Below are positions 20,008 to 28,987 of a DNA stretch of 44,008 bases, one piece after another (positions within the stretch are counted from its first letter, which is position 1; every line of letters starts with the position of its first letter). The DNA lies in the sequence record SRR31156797_2579; one strand, given 5' to 3'. The position numbers and the translations under genes were made by a program. The notes under the pieces were generated by a model. That model did no database searches. It worked only from the letters and a program-made list of their open reading frames with translations, and was not told the DNA's origin.

Positions 20008-22152
20008 ATGAAAAGCAAAGACAATATAAACAGACAAAAGATGCTGGATGATTCCTATTTAACAAAGTATGAGGATGAATATGTAGTTGCTCTTGCAGGC
20101 AATCCCAATGTAGGTAAAAGCACAGTATTTAATTCACTGACAGGATTAAAGCAGCATACAGGCAACTGGCCCGGCAAAACAGTCACAAATGCCAGAGGTC
20201 ATTATAAACACAAGAACAAAGATTACATTTTGATAGATTTACCTGGAACATATTCAATGATGTCATCCTCTGTAGAGGAAGAGGTAGCAAGAGATTTCAT
20301 GTGCTTTGGCAATCCTGATGCGACTATTGTAGTAACAGATGCCACATGCTTAGAGAGAAACCTGAATCTGGTGCTCCAAACAATTGAAATGACCAGAAAC
20401 GTTATTGTATGTGTTAACTTAATAGATGAAGCTTCCAATAAAGGCATTTCAATTGATATTAAGCAGTTATCAAATCTATTGGGAGTACCCGTTGTGGCAA
20501 CTAATGCACGAAAAAAAAGAGGGCTAAAAAATCTGACAGATACAGTCCACAGCGTTGCTACACAAACAATAAAACCAAATCCATATAATATAAAGTATAA
20601 TCCAGTAATAGAAACTGCCATTGAGATAGTACTGCCTCGAGTAAAGTCTCTGATAAATTATGACCTTAACCCACGATTTGCTGCGCTGAAACTATTGGAA
20701 GGTGAAGATACTATTCTCACATCAATAGATGATTATTTGGGAATAAAGATGAGAGACGATGAAACTCTGCAATTATCCCTTAAGCAGGCGAACGAGTACC
20801 TAATCGGCAATGGCTATGATAAAGATATTTTTCTGGAAAAGATAGTATCTCAGCTATATAAAATATCAGAAGAACTCTGCAAAGAGACTGTCAGCTTCCA
20901 AAAAAATGAATACAATACAGTATCAAGAAAGATTGATAAAGTACTGACATCAAAAGTATTTGGCATACCTATAATGATTGCGCTGCTAGGATTGGTCTTT
21001 TGGCTGACTATTACAGGAGCTAACTATCCCTCACAGATGCTGGCAGGATTCTTTGAAAATATACAGTACCATCTGACGGATTTCTTCCACTATATCAATG
21101 CTCCCGACTGGCTCCATGGCATGCTGGTATTGGGAATATATCGTACTCTGGCGTGGGTTGTCTCCGTCATGCTTCCGCCTATGGCAATATTCTTTCCTCT
21201 GTTTACTCTCCTGGAGGATTTAGGGTATCTGCCTCGTGTTGCGTTTAACCTAGATAATTATTTCAAGAAATCCTGTGCTCACGGCAAGCAGGCACTGTGT
21301 ATGTGTATGGGCTTTGGCTGTAATGCAGCTGGGGTTATCGGCTGTCGGATAATTGATTCTCCTAGAGAGAGATTGATTGCCATAATTACTAATAACTTCG
21401 TACCCTGCAATGGCCGCTTTCCAACTCTGATTGCAATATCCACCATCTTTATAGGCGGTATGGTGGCGAGTGCCTATCAGTCATTGGTATCTACAGTGGC
21501 TATGGTTTGCGTTATTATCCTAGGGGTTGTGATGACCCTCTTTATCTCCAAGCTCCTATCCAAGACCATTCTAAAGGGATTGCCTTCCTCATTTCAGCTG
21601 GAGCTTCCTCCATATCGGAAACCTCAGGTAGGCAAGGTAATCGTCCGCTCTATATTTGACAGAACATTATTTGTACTTGGCAGAGCAATAATCGTAGCCG
21701 CACCTGCTGGGCTGATCATCTGGATAATGGCAAATATTACGGTAGGTGATATGTCCATACTTGCCCACTGCGCCGATTTCCTAGACCCATTTGCCAATCT
21801 AATCGGCATGGATGGTATAATACTGATGGCATTTATTCTAGGGCTTCCAGCGAATGAAATAGTAATCCCTATTATCATAATGAGCTATATGGCTACTGGC
21901 TCTATGCTGGAGCTGGAGAGCCTTTCAGAGCTAAAAACTCTGCTGGTAAATAACGGCTGGACTTGGCTGACAGCTATCAATGTAATGCTGTTTTCGCTGA
22001 TGCATTTCCCATGTGCCACAAGCCTGCTGACCATAAAGAAAGAGACCCAGAGCCTGAAATGGACGGCAGTGTCCTTTGCTGTGCCTACTATGACTGGGCT
22101 GGTGTTTTGCTTTGTAGTTACTCAGGTTGTTAGGCTTTTGGGGTTGGTGTAG
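20008..22152 (+). CDS. feoB: Ferrous iron transport protein B
   Basis: GNPNVGKS, GNWPGKTV, DLPG, NLID, GFGCN, PCNGRFP, ELPPYR. Confidence 0.96.
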   Translation: MKSKDNINRQKMLDDSYLTKYEDEYVVALAGNPNVGKSTVFNSLTGLKQHTGNWPGKTVTNARGHYKHKNKDYILIDLPGTYSMMSSSVEEEVARDFMCFGNPDATIVVTDATCLERNLNLVLQTIEMTRNVIVCVNLIDEASNKGISIDIKQLSNLLGVPVVATNARKKRGLKNLTDTVHSVATQTIKPNPYNIKYNPVIETAIEIVLPRVKSLINYDLNPRFAALKLLEGEDTILTSIDDYLGIKMRDDETLQLSLKQANEYLIGNGYDKDIFLEKIVSQLYKISEELCKETVSFQKNEYNTVSRKIDKVLTSKVFGIPIMIALLGLVFWLTITGANYPSQMLAGFFENIQYHLTDFFHYINAPDWLHGMLVLGIYRTLAWVVSVMLPPMAIFFPLFTLLEDLGYLPRVAFNLDNYFKKSCAHGKQALCMCMGFGCNAAGVIGCRIIDSPRERLIAIITNNFVPCNGRFPTLIAISTIFIGGMVASAYQSLVSTVAMVCVIILGVVMTLFISKLLSKTILKGLPSSFQLELPPYRKPQVGKVIVRSIFDRTLFVLGRAIIVAAPAGLIIWIMANITVGDMSILAHCADFLDPFANLIGMDGIILMAFILGLPANEIVIPIIIMSYMATGSMLELESLSELKTLLVNNGWTWLTAINVMLFSLMHFPCATSLLTIKKETQSLKWTAVSFAVPTMTGLVFCFVVTQVVRLLGLV

Positions 22153-22215
22153 GATAACTTGCTCTGCACTCTGCAACCTGTAGAGCAATCTACTAACCCA
22201 GCGAAAGCATAATTA

Positions 22216-22244
22216 GGTGATTCCAGAGATGGGGTCACTTTTTT
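22216..22244 (+). terminator. Intrinsic terminator after feoB
   Basis: GTGATTCCA-GAGA-TGGGGTCAC followed by T6. Confidence 0.7.
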
Positions 22245-22300
22245 CATCATAAAATATTCTCATCTTTTACTGCTCTTAAGAAAACATTCCCACCCCCCCC

Positions 22301-22331
22301 TTGACCCTAACGTTACGTTATAGTTTATAAT
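22301..22331 (+). promoter_or_regulatory. MerR-type promoter/operator
   Basis: TTGACC-19 bp-TATAAT with dyad TAACGT-T-ACGTTA (22308-22320) in the over-long spacer. Confidence 0.92.
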
Positions 22332-22337
22332 AAAGCC

Positions 22338-23075
22338 ATGAAAGAATTAATTACAATAAATCAGTTGGCAAAGTTATCAGGTATCACGGTACGGACCTTG
22401 CACTACTATGATGAGGTAAATCTGCTAAAGCCTGCATCTATCGGCGAAAACGGCTACAGACAATATTCCCAAAAGGACATAATGAGACTGCAGGAAATTA
22501 TGACCCTAAAGGAATTGGGCTTTAGCCTAAAGGATATAAAAACTCTGATAGATACTGATGCCCTAAGCCGACAGGATGCCTTTGCGATGCAGAGAGACAT
22601 TCTGGTCAGAAAGCGTCAGAGGCTTACAGGGATAATTAATTCTTTGAATAAACTAATGGAGGATAATGAAATGAGTTTTAATCAATTCGATATGACAGGC
22701 ATTGAGGATGCAAAGAATAAGTATAAAGACGAGGCCGAAAAGCGCTGGGGGCATACTGATGCCTACAAAGAATCTGCCCGCAAGACAAACAAGTACACCA
22801 AGGCTGACTGGGCGGCAATAGAAAGTGAAGCAACAGCAATCTACGATAAGTTTATTGCCAATCTAAAGTCAGGTATACCTACTGAGGATAATGCGGATAT
22901 TGTCAGGCAGTGGCAGGAGCATATCACAAAGAACTACTACAAATGTACCGGTGAAATACTATCTGGCTTAGGTCAGATGTATGTGGCTGATGAACGATTT
23001 ACAAAGAATATTGATAAGAGGTGTCAGGGACTGGCTGAGTATATGGCAGAGAGTATTAAGAAATACTGCGAATAA
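22338..23075 (+). CDS. MerR family regulator with TipAS antibiotic-recognition domain (TipA/Mta-like)
   Basis: GITVRTLHYYDEVNLLKP...GYRQY HTH; EAEKRWG.T.AYKES, GLGQMYVADERF. Confidence 0.92.
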   Translation: MKELITINQLAKLSGITVRTLHYYDEVNLLKPASIGENGYRQYSQKDIMRLQEIMTLKELGFSLKDIKTLIDTDALSRQDAFAMQRDILVRKRQRLTGIINSLNKLMEDNEMSFNQFDMTGIEDAKNKYKDEAEKRWGHTDAYKESARKTNKYTKADWAAIESEATAIYDKFIANLKSGIPTEDNADIVRQWQEHITKNYYKCTGEILSGLGQMYVADERFTKNIDKRCQGLAEYMAESIKKYCE

Positions 23076-23087
23076 TCAAACTGTATT

Positions 23088-23110
23088 AGGGAGCTTTGCT
23101 CCCTTTTTTT
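23088..23110 (+). terminator. Intrinsic terminator
   Basis: AGGGAGC-TTT-GCTCCCT followed by a T tract. Confidence 0.75.
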
Positions 23111-23290
23111 CTATTGATAACAAGTTACCTAAGAACACTGTCCACCATATACAAAACACATATTAAATGATATAATAACTCTGCTTGGCATAACAAAGGA
23201 AAAATAATAATATTATTAGAAATATCTATAATAATCTAAAACAAAACTTATAATAATATATATGATTGCAATAGAGAGGTCAATTCCTAT

Positions 23291-24889
23291 ATGACTCAAA
23301 AAAAGAGAAGCTTCGTCCAAGGAGCAACCATATTAGCTGTCACATCTATGCTGGTAAAGGTCATAGGCATCCTGTATAAACTTCCACTATTTAATATGAT
23401 AGGTTCCGAGGGTGCAGGTCTGTACCTTATGGCATATCCATTTTATACATATCTATTGATGTTATCAACAGCGGGACTGCCACCTACTATATCAAAGTTA
23501 GTAGCTCAAAAGATATCCAACGGTGACAGAATGGGTGCGAAGAAGGTATTCACCACTGCTCTTACACTTATGGCTATTCTAGGAATTGTCTTTTCCATCA
23601 CATTAATTGCAATGAGCTCCTATATATCACAGCAATTTATAGGGGATCCACTATCAAGACTTCCTATTATATGCCTGGCTCCAGCTATTGCACTGGTTTC
23701 AATTATGTCTGCTGTCAGAGGCTATTTCCAAGGTATGCAGAATATGGTACCAACAGCTGTATCACAATTGGCTGAACAAATAGGTAAAGTTATATTCGGA
23801 TTGTATTTAGCACGTCTTATGATGCCGCGTGGTATAGAATACGCTGCCGCAGGTGCGACACTTGGAATAGTGATATCTGAGTTTATTGGATTAATAGTAA
23901 TAATTATCTTCTATATTGCAAAAGCACCAAAAATTAAAATAAAGAAAAGTGCAACAGAACCAACCAGTGCTATTCTGCGTCAGATTGGACAGCTGGCATT
24001 CCCAATATTAATGGGTGCTTCCATTATGCCGTTAGTAAACCTTATAGATACAGGAATAGTTGTAAATCAATTGACAAAAATTGGATATGAGCTGGAGACT
24101 GCCCGTTCCCTCTTTGGTATTGCTGCTGGGTTCGCTAACACACTACTAAATGTTCCCGGAGCTATTTCTCTGGCATTTTGCGTATCAATTGTGCCTGCAG
24201 TATCTGCCTCCATCGCACGAGGTGACAAGGCAAACCTAGAACGAAATATATCTATGGGGTACAGACTATCTATGCTAGTTGGCGTACCGTCAGGTGTAGG
24301 ATTTTTCGTGTTGTCAGAACCAATAATGAACCTGCTCTACGGAAACAAGCTGTCTCCAGAGGGTTTAGTAATCAGCGGTAATGCACTGCAGCTAATCGCA
24401 TTAGGCGTAATATTCCTGTCCATACTGCAGACTTTCAATGGTGTTCTTCAAGGCATGGGCAAAGTATACATTCCGGTAATCGCTCTAGCATCAGGTGCAG
24501 TCACCAAGATAATCCTGTGCTATGTACTGGTAGGCACTCCTGAAATCAATATCTACGGAACACCTATCTCTACATTTGCATGTTACTTCGTAGCATCTAT
24601 AATCGATATAATAATGATCAAGAAGCTGACAGGAATAAAGCTGGAAAAGCGAGCTTTCAGCATTCGTTTAATATTTGCCAGTCTCTTAATGGGCGGAGCA
24701 GCATGGGCAGCCCATTCATTGCTATCTGGTGTAATTGGCTCAAAGATTGCAACAGTTGTTGCTGTGTTAGTAGGCGTTGCAGTATTTTTACTGGATTTAA
24801 TATTGTTCAAAGTCTTCCAAAAGGATGAGCTAAAATCCTTACCTGGCGGTCACAGAATGGTAAAGCTGTATAATGCAATATGGAGCTAA
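23291..24889 (+). CDS. YabM/SpoVB-like MOP-family polysaccharide/lipid II flippase
   Basis: SFVQGATIL, STAGLP..ISKLV, RGYFQG..NMVPTAVSQ..EQ; many TM helices. Confidence 0.9.
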   Translation: MTQKKRSFVQGATILAVTSMLVKVIGILYKLPLFNMIGSEGAGLYLMAYPFYTYLLMLSTAGLPPTISKLVAQKISNGDRMGAKKVFTTALTLMAILGIVFSITLIAMSSYISQQFIGDPLSRLPIICLAPAIALVSIMSAVRGYFQGMQNMVPTAVSQLAEQIGKVIFGLYLARLMMPRGIEYAAAGATLGIVISEFIGLIVIIIFYIAKAPKIKIKKSATEPTSAILRQIGQLAFPILMGASIMPLVNLIDTGIVVNQLTKIGYELETARSLFGIAAGFANTLLNVPGAISLAFCVSIVPAVSASIARGDKANLERNISMGYRLSMLVGVPSGVGFFVLSEPIMNLLYGNKLSPEGLVISGNALQLIALGVIFLSILQTFNGVLQGMGKVYIPVIALASGAVTKIILCYVLVGTPEINIYGTPISTFACYFVASIIDIIMIKKLTGIKLEKRAFSIRLIFASLLMGGAAWAAHSLLSGVIGSKIATVVAVLVGVAVFLLDLILFKVFQKDELKSLPGGHRMVKLYNAIWS

Positions 24890-24912
24890 ACAATATATAC
24901 TACTAAATTTAT

Positions 24913-24941
24913 AGGGATTGCTGTAATGAGCAATCCCTTTT
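24913..24941. terminator. Terminator hairpin between convergent genes
   Basis: AGGGATTGCT-N6-AGCAATCCCT followed by TTT. Confidence 0.65.
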
Positions 24942-24967
24942 GTGTGCAACGAATATTTATCCATTGG

Positions 24968-26560
24968 CTATTCAGTGCTTTGCAAATCTTTTATTACCTG
25001 CTGATACTCAGTCTCGTACATGTTCTTCTTCTCATCGCTTAGTGACTCAGATAATAACTGAATCAATTGAGACCTTCGAAATTCCAGCAGTACCTTGTCA
25101 TTATCATTTGCCATAAATTTCTGTCTCTCTTCTTCCACATCTATTAATTTACCATTTTCCATTCGCAATTCTCTATCTGTCACTTGCTCTAAGAAATACC
25201 TATCGTGAGAAACTACCAGCAGTGTACCATCGAATTCAGCCAGCATCTTTTCCAATGCTTCAAGCACATAAACGTCTAAATAATTAGTAGGTTCATCCAG
25301 TATCAGAATAGAGCAGCCATTGACAATCAGTTGTGCCAGCTTTACCTTACACCTTTCACCACCTGATAATACAATAAGCTTTTTGAATACATCCTGTCGC
25401 CTAATACCCAGATGACCTAATACTGTCCTCACCACATGCTGAGGTTCATTTGCACTTTCCATTATGTAATCCAGTATTGTAATATCGTCATTCATTTCAC
25501 TAATATCTTGACTGAAATATCCAAGAGTATAATTAGGTGAGACAACAGTACCCTGTACCCTATTTACAATCGCATTCAGTAACGTGGATTTACCGGAGCC
25601 ATTACAACCTGTAATTGCAATTCTTTCTCCTCTTGCAATATTTAGACTGATGTCATCCAGCACCAGATTATCACCATATGAGAATGACAACTGGTTTACC
25701 CTGATAGCAGTTTTGCTATTCATCTGTCCAGTATTTGCAACTCTCATTTTGTAGCCAATTTCCTGCTTTGGCTTTTCCTTTTTTTCAAGTCTGCCTAGAC
25801 GCTTTTTGTACTGCTTTGATACAGCACTGACAACGCCTGCCTTTTGTCTAACATCCATCCTGTGCAGTCTGGCCTCGGAATTCCCCATACGCTTTGGCGA
25901 TGATTTCATCCTAGCAGCTTTTTGAGATGTCTCTCTTGCTGCTTGCTCGAGACTATTCTTTGCCACAATATACTTTTCGTATTCCTTCTGCTGATTCTTT
26001 AGGGTCTTTTGCTTTTGCTCTTTGAAGTCATCATAATTCCCACGATAAACTGTCACGTTGCCTTCATCAATTTCCCAGATATAATTGCACACTGTGTTTA
26101 GCAATTTCCTATCGTGGCTGACCAGTAGTATCCCTCCTGCGAAATTCACCAGTTCATTTTCCAGCTTTATAATGCTTTCCTCATCCAGATTACTGCTAGG
26201 TTCGTCGCACAGCAAAATCCTTGATTTAGAGCTTAATGCCTTTGCGATTTTATGCCTCGTAATTTCACCGCCGCTTTTTGGATCGTCTGCTATACCCCAG
26301 ATTTGTTTCTGCCTATTATCAGCTATATTTTCATTTTCATCATTCAATTGTTGAATATATTGGTAGTCATGATACAGCACAGTATATCCCTCAATCGGTT
26401 CAATTCGTCCTGCTATTATATCCAGTAATGTGGATTTACCGCAGCCATTGACACCCACAATACCTACCTTATCACCTGAGTGAAGCTGAAGTGATGGAAT
26501 GTCTAAGAGTTCCTTTTCCCCGTACTCCATCCTTAGATTAAATATGTCAATTAATAAAAT
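24968..26560 (-). CDS. Ribosomal-protection-type (ARE) ABC-F ATPase, Msr/Vga/CplR-like; probable ATT start
   Basis: Two ABC cassettes (GVNGCGKST/SGGE/DEPSSNLD and GCNGSGKST/LSGGE/DEPTNYLD), no TM, linker KRMGNSEARLHRM; SD-like GGGGGTG 5 nt before ATT at 26560. Confidence 0.85.
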   Translation of the reverse strand: MLLIDIFNLRMEYGEKELLDIPSLQLHSGDKVGIVGVNGCGKSTLLDIIAGRIEPIEGYTVLYHDYQYIQQLNDENENIADNRQKQIWGIADDPKSGGEITRHKIAKALSSKSRILLCDEPSSNLDEESIIKLENELVNFAGGILLVSHDRKLLNTVCNYIWEIDEGNVTVYRGNYDDFKEQKQKTLKNQQKEYEKYIVAKNSLEQAARETSQKAARMKSSPKRMGNSEARLHRMDVRQKAGVVSAVSKQYKKRLGRLEKKEKPKQEIGYKMRVANTGQMNSKTAIRVNQLSFSYGDNLVLDDISLNIARGERIAITGCNGSGKSTLLNAIVNRVQGTVVSPNYTLGYFSQDISEMNDDITILDYIMESANEPQHVVRTVLGHLGIRRQDVFKKLIVLSGGERCKVKLAQLIVNGCSILILDEPTNYLDVYVLEALEKMLAEFDGTLLVVSHDRYFLEQVTDRELRMENGKLIDVEEERQKFMANDNDKVLLEFRRSQLIQLLSESLSDEKKNMYETEYQQVIKDLQSTE

Positions 26561-26574
26561 AAAAACACCCCCAT

Positions 26575-26745
26575 AAAAAAGAGCGTCTGAAAAAGCACAA
26601 GAACCTAGTCCCAGCACAAGAAAGTGAGGATAAATGTTTTGCTAGCTTTTGTCAGACGCACAAATAACAACCATTAATATAATGGTCAAAGTTACTATTA
26701 ACATCTACAAAAACTACTTACGCATCCCGCTTCTTGCAACCTCCT
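26575..26745 (-). promoter_or_regulatory. Attenuator-type 5' leader of the ABC-F gene
   Basis: Stem arms 26645-26659 and 26583-26596 followed by a T6 tract just before the RBS; AGGAGG (26740-26745) and micro-uORF ATG-CGT-AAG-TAG (26714-26725). Confidence 0.7.
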
Positions 26746-26770
26746 AGATTAGAATTATTAGATTAAATAA

Positions 26771-26798
26771 AGTATAGCATATGCAAAAATGTTGTCAA
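26771..26798 (-). promoter_or_regulatory. Sigma-A promoter of the ABC-F gene
   Basis: TTGACA-16 bp-TATACT with extended TG. Confidence 0.85.
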
Positions 26799-27000
26799 GC
26801 GTGATTTCCACCCTGTGGAAATCTACTGGCGAAAGACGTATTGCGAAGCAATGCGTTAAAAGCATGATTGTTGCTTTGCAACAATCTATAGGCGATAGCA
26901 ATGTTTTGCTTGTCAAAATGTTGCGAAAGCGTGATTTCCACATAGTGAAAATCTATAGACGAAAGCATTATTTTGCTTAGCAAAATAGTGTGAAAGGGAT
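26799..27000 (+). repeat. Tandem array of three 63-68 bp double-hairpin units
   Basis: Units begin at 26803, 26866 and 26933: GATT..AATC hairpin, TAY-N3-CGAWA linker, second hairpin, RAAAG linker. Confidence 0.88.
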
Positions 27001-27181
27001 GATTGTCCCACAGCAAAAACTTAGCAGCACAAGTCCAATTGCATAGTAATATGATTAATCCTCAATTCTACTCATAGTAAATGAATTATTAACAATATTT
27101 ATTTTTAGTTGTAATTATCTCTATGTACGAATATAATTTATGATATTAGGTCTAAAATATAAAATGGAAAGGTAGCCTTAT

Positions 27182-28006
27182 ATGAAAAAACCTACTCTCC
27201 GTTACAGAATGCTAAAGGGTTTAATTAACTTTTTGATTTCTGCAATTACCAATATCAAGGTTACTGGCTATGACAGCTTCGATAAGGATACCCAGTATAT
27301 AATAGTTGGAAACCACACAGGATGGATGGATCCACTGCTGGTAATCGGTAAACTTCCAAGGCAGTATCAGGCGACGTTACTTGCAGAGATGGCTGGTGCT
27401 GTACAATCAGGCTGGGTTCAGAAGTTCATTAACCTTGGTGATTTAAGAATTATAGGCGTTGACAGAGCAAATCAAAAATCACGAATGGCAAGCCTGCGCC
27501 TAATAAACAAAGCAGTAAAAAACGGAAGCAATCTAATTATTTTCCCAGAGGGCAGAATTAATATTGATGATGATATTATGTATCCGTACTACACCGGCAG
27601 TTTCTTTTGCTCCGTACAAAATAAAGTTGCTATACTCCCTGTTTACATCAGAGGTGCACAGGAGATATATTTTCGTCGCAATATAAATATGAATTTTGGT
27701 GAACCTATACCAGTTGAAAAGGGTGAGAACATTGAGGAAGTTGCCAAAAGAACTTTTATTGCAATGCGTGATAAGGTAAAGCCTGAAGCACCTGTAAATG
27801 AACAAAAGATACGAATTCTTAATCTAACTAAATCATTCCTTGGTGGTTTAGCACCACCGCCGCCAAACGTAGGAGACATGATAGCAGACGGCAGAAAAGC
27901 ACAGACTCTGTTCAATCAGGTTAATGCGGCATCTATTGAGAAGTTTAAGCTGGATGAAGAAGCAAAGAAAAAAGTAAAACTGACAAAGAGCTACACCAAC
28001 GGATAG
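27182..28006 (+). CDS. PlsC-like lysophospholipid acyltransferase
   Basis: NHTGWMD (HX4D), VDR and IFPEGR motifs. Confidence 0.9.
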   Translation: MKKPTLRYRMLKGLINFLISAITNIKVTGYDSFDKDTQYIIVGNHTGWMDPLLVIGKLPRQYQATLLAEMAGAVQSGWVQKFINLGDLRIIGVDRANQKSRMASLRLINKAVKNGSNLIIFPEGRINIDDDIMYPYYTGSFFCSVQNKVAILPVYIRGAQEIYFRRNINMNFGEPIPVEKGENIEEVAKRTFIAMRDKVKPEAPVNEQKIRILNLTKSFLGGLAPPPPNVGDMIADGRKAQTLFNQVNAASIEKFKLDEEAKKKVKLTKSYTNG

Positions 28007-28029
28007 TATAGTTTACAGCGAAGAAGGAT

Positions 28030-28060
28030 AAAAGCGACAGCCAAACAGGCTGTCGCTTTT
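28030..28060 (+). terminator. Intrinsic terminator
   Basis: AAAAGCGACAGCC-N5-GGCTGTCGCTTTT. Confidence 0.85.
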
Positions 28061-28193
28061 GTGTTTTTGAACGACACCTCAAACTCAGATAATAGAGCTA
28101 GTAAATCCAATATCCCTATAAATAATTATATTGATTATATTAAATAGTATTATGTTATACTTTTAGTATATTTAGTAAATAAAGGAGCTATTT

Positions 28194-28799
28194 ATGGAAT
28201 TGACAAAAGTATTTAAAAGCAGAAGATCAGTAAGGAAATATAAAAACAAGGATATTGACGACAATATAATAAATAGTATTTTAGAAGCTGCCAATTCAGC
28301 TCCTTGTACCGATAGCTGTAATTATTACTTTGGAGTTATAAAAGACAATATAATTAAAAATAAGATAGCAGAATCTACAATATACGCCGATTGGGTAAGC
28401 AGTGCTCCAGTAATCTTTGTTTGCTGCTCAAATATTAATTATGATATAAAAGATGATGAACCCAATAGTTATGTTCATAAGGGAATGACTGCAAGATATG
28501 GTACAGAGATTGTTGAATTCTTAATCAGCGCTGCCAATCGAAAAGGCATCAAAACACTAATGCAATCAACACCTATATATATTGCTGCTCAGCATATTAT
28601 ACTTTCAGCTGTTTCACATGGATTAAAAGGATGTCTTGTAGATTTTATCAATCTGGAGGCAATTAATAATATCCTCAAGTTACCTGATAATATATCATGC
28701 GAATTACTTGTGCCTGTTGGTTATCCTGATGAAATTGCTAAGCCTGTTAATTCAAATGATAAAGATAATATCTTTTTTGATACATGGAATAAATCATAA
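28194..28799 (+). CDS. Nitroreductase family protein
   Basis: SRRSVRKY, AANSAP, AAQHIILSAVSHGL, VPVGYP. Confidence 0.9.
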   Translation: MELTKVFKSRRSVRKYKNKDIDDNIINSILEAANSAPCTDSCNYYFGVIKDNIIKNKIAESTIYADWVSSAPVIFVCCSNINYDIKDDEPNSYVHKGMTARYGTEIVEFLISAANRKGIKTLMQSTPIYIAAQHIILSAVSHGLKGCLVDFINLEAINNILKLPDNISCELLVPVGYPDEIAKPVNSNDKDNIFFDTWNKS

Positions 28800-28987
28800 T
28801 TTTATAAGCGTTTTCTGCATTTATATATCTTTAGCCAAAAATTACATAAAATCATTCAAAACAAATCTAATATTTGTTCCTCTATAATATCAAATCTATA
28901 AAATTTTAAAAAAAATCTTGCAATACATTTTTAATCATACTACTATTTATCTCAAGGATATCCTTTATAACAAAAAGGAGAAAAAAT

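Noticed and set aside
26799-27000. CRISPR array interpretation of the ~66-bp periodicity
   Set aside because: No identical 23-47 bp repeats, the variable parts are themselves related hairpins, and no cas genes are in the window.
26758-27016. Three short ORFs (61-73 aa) over the hairpin array
   Set aside because: They overlap each other, lack an RBS or recognisable motifs, and are explained by the repeat structure.
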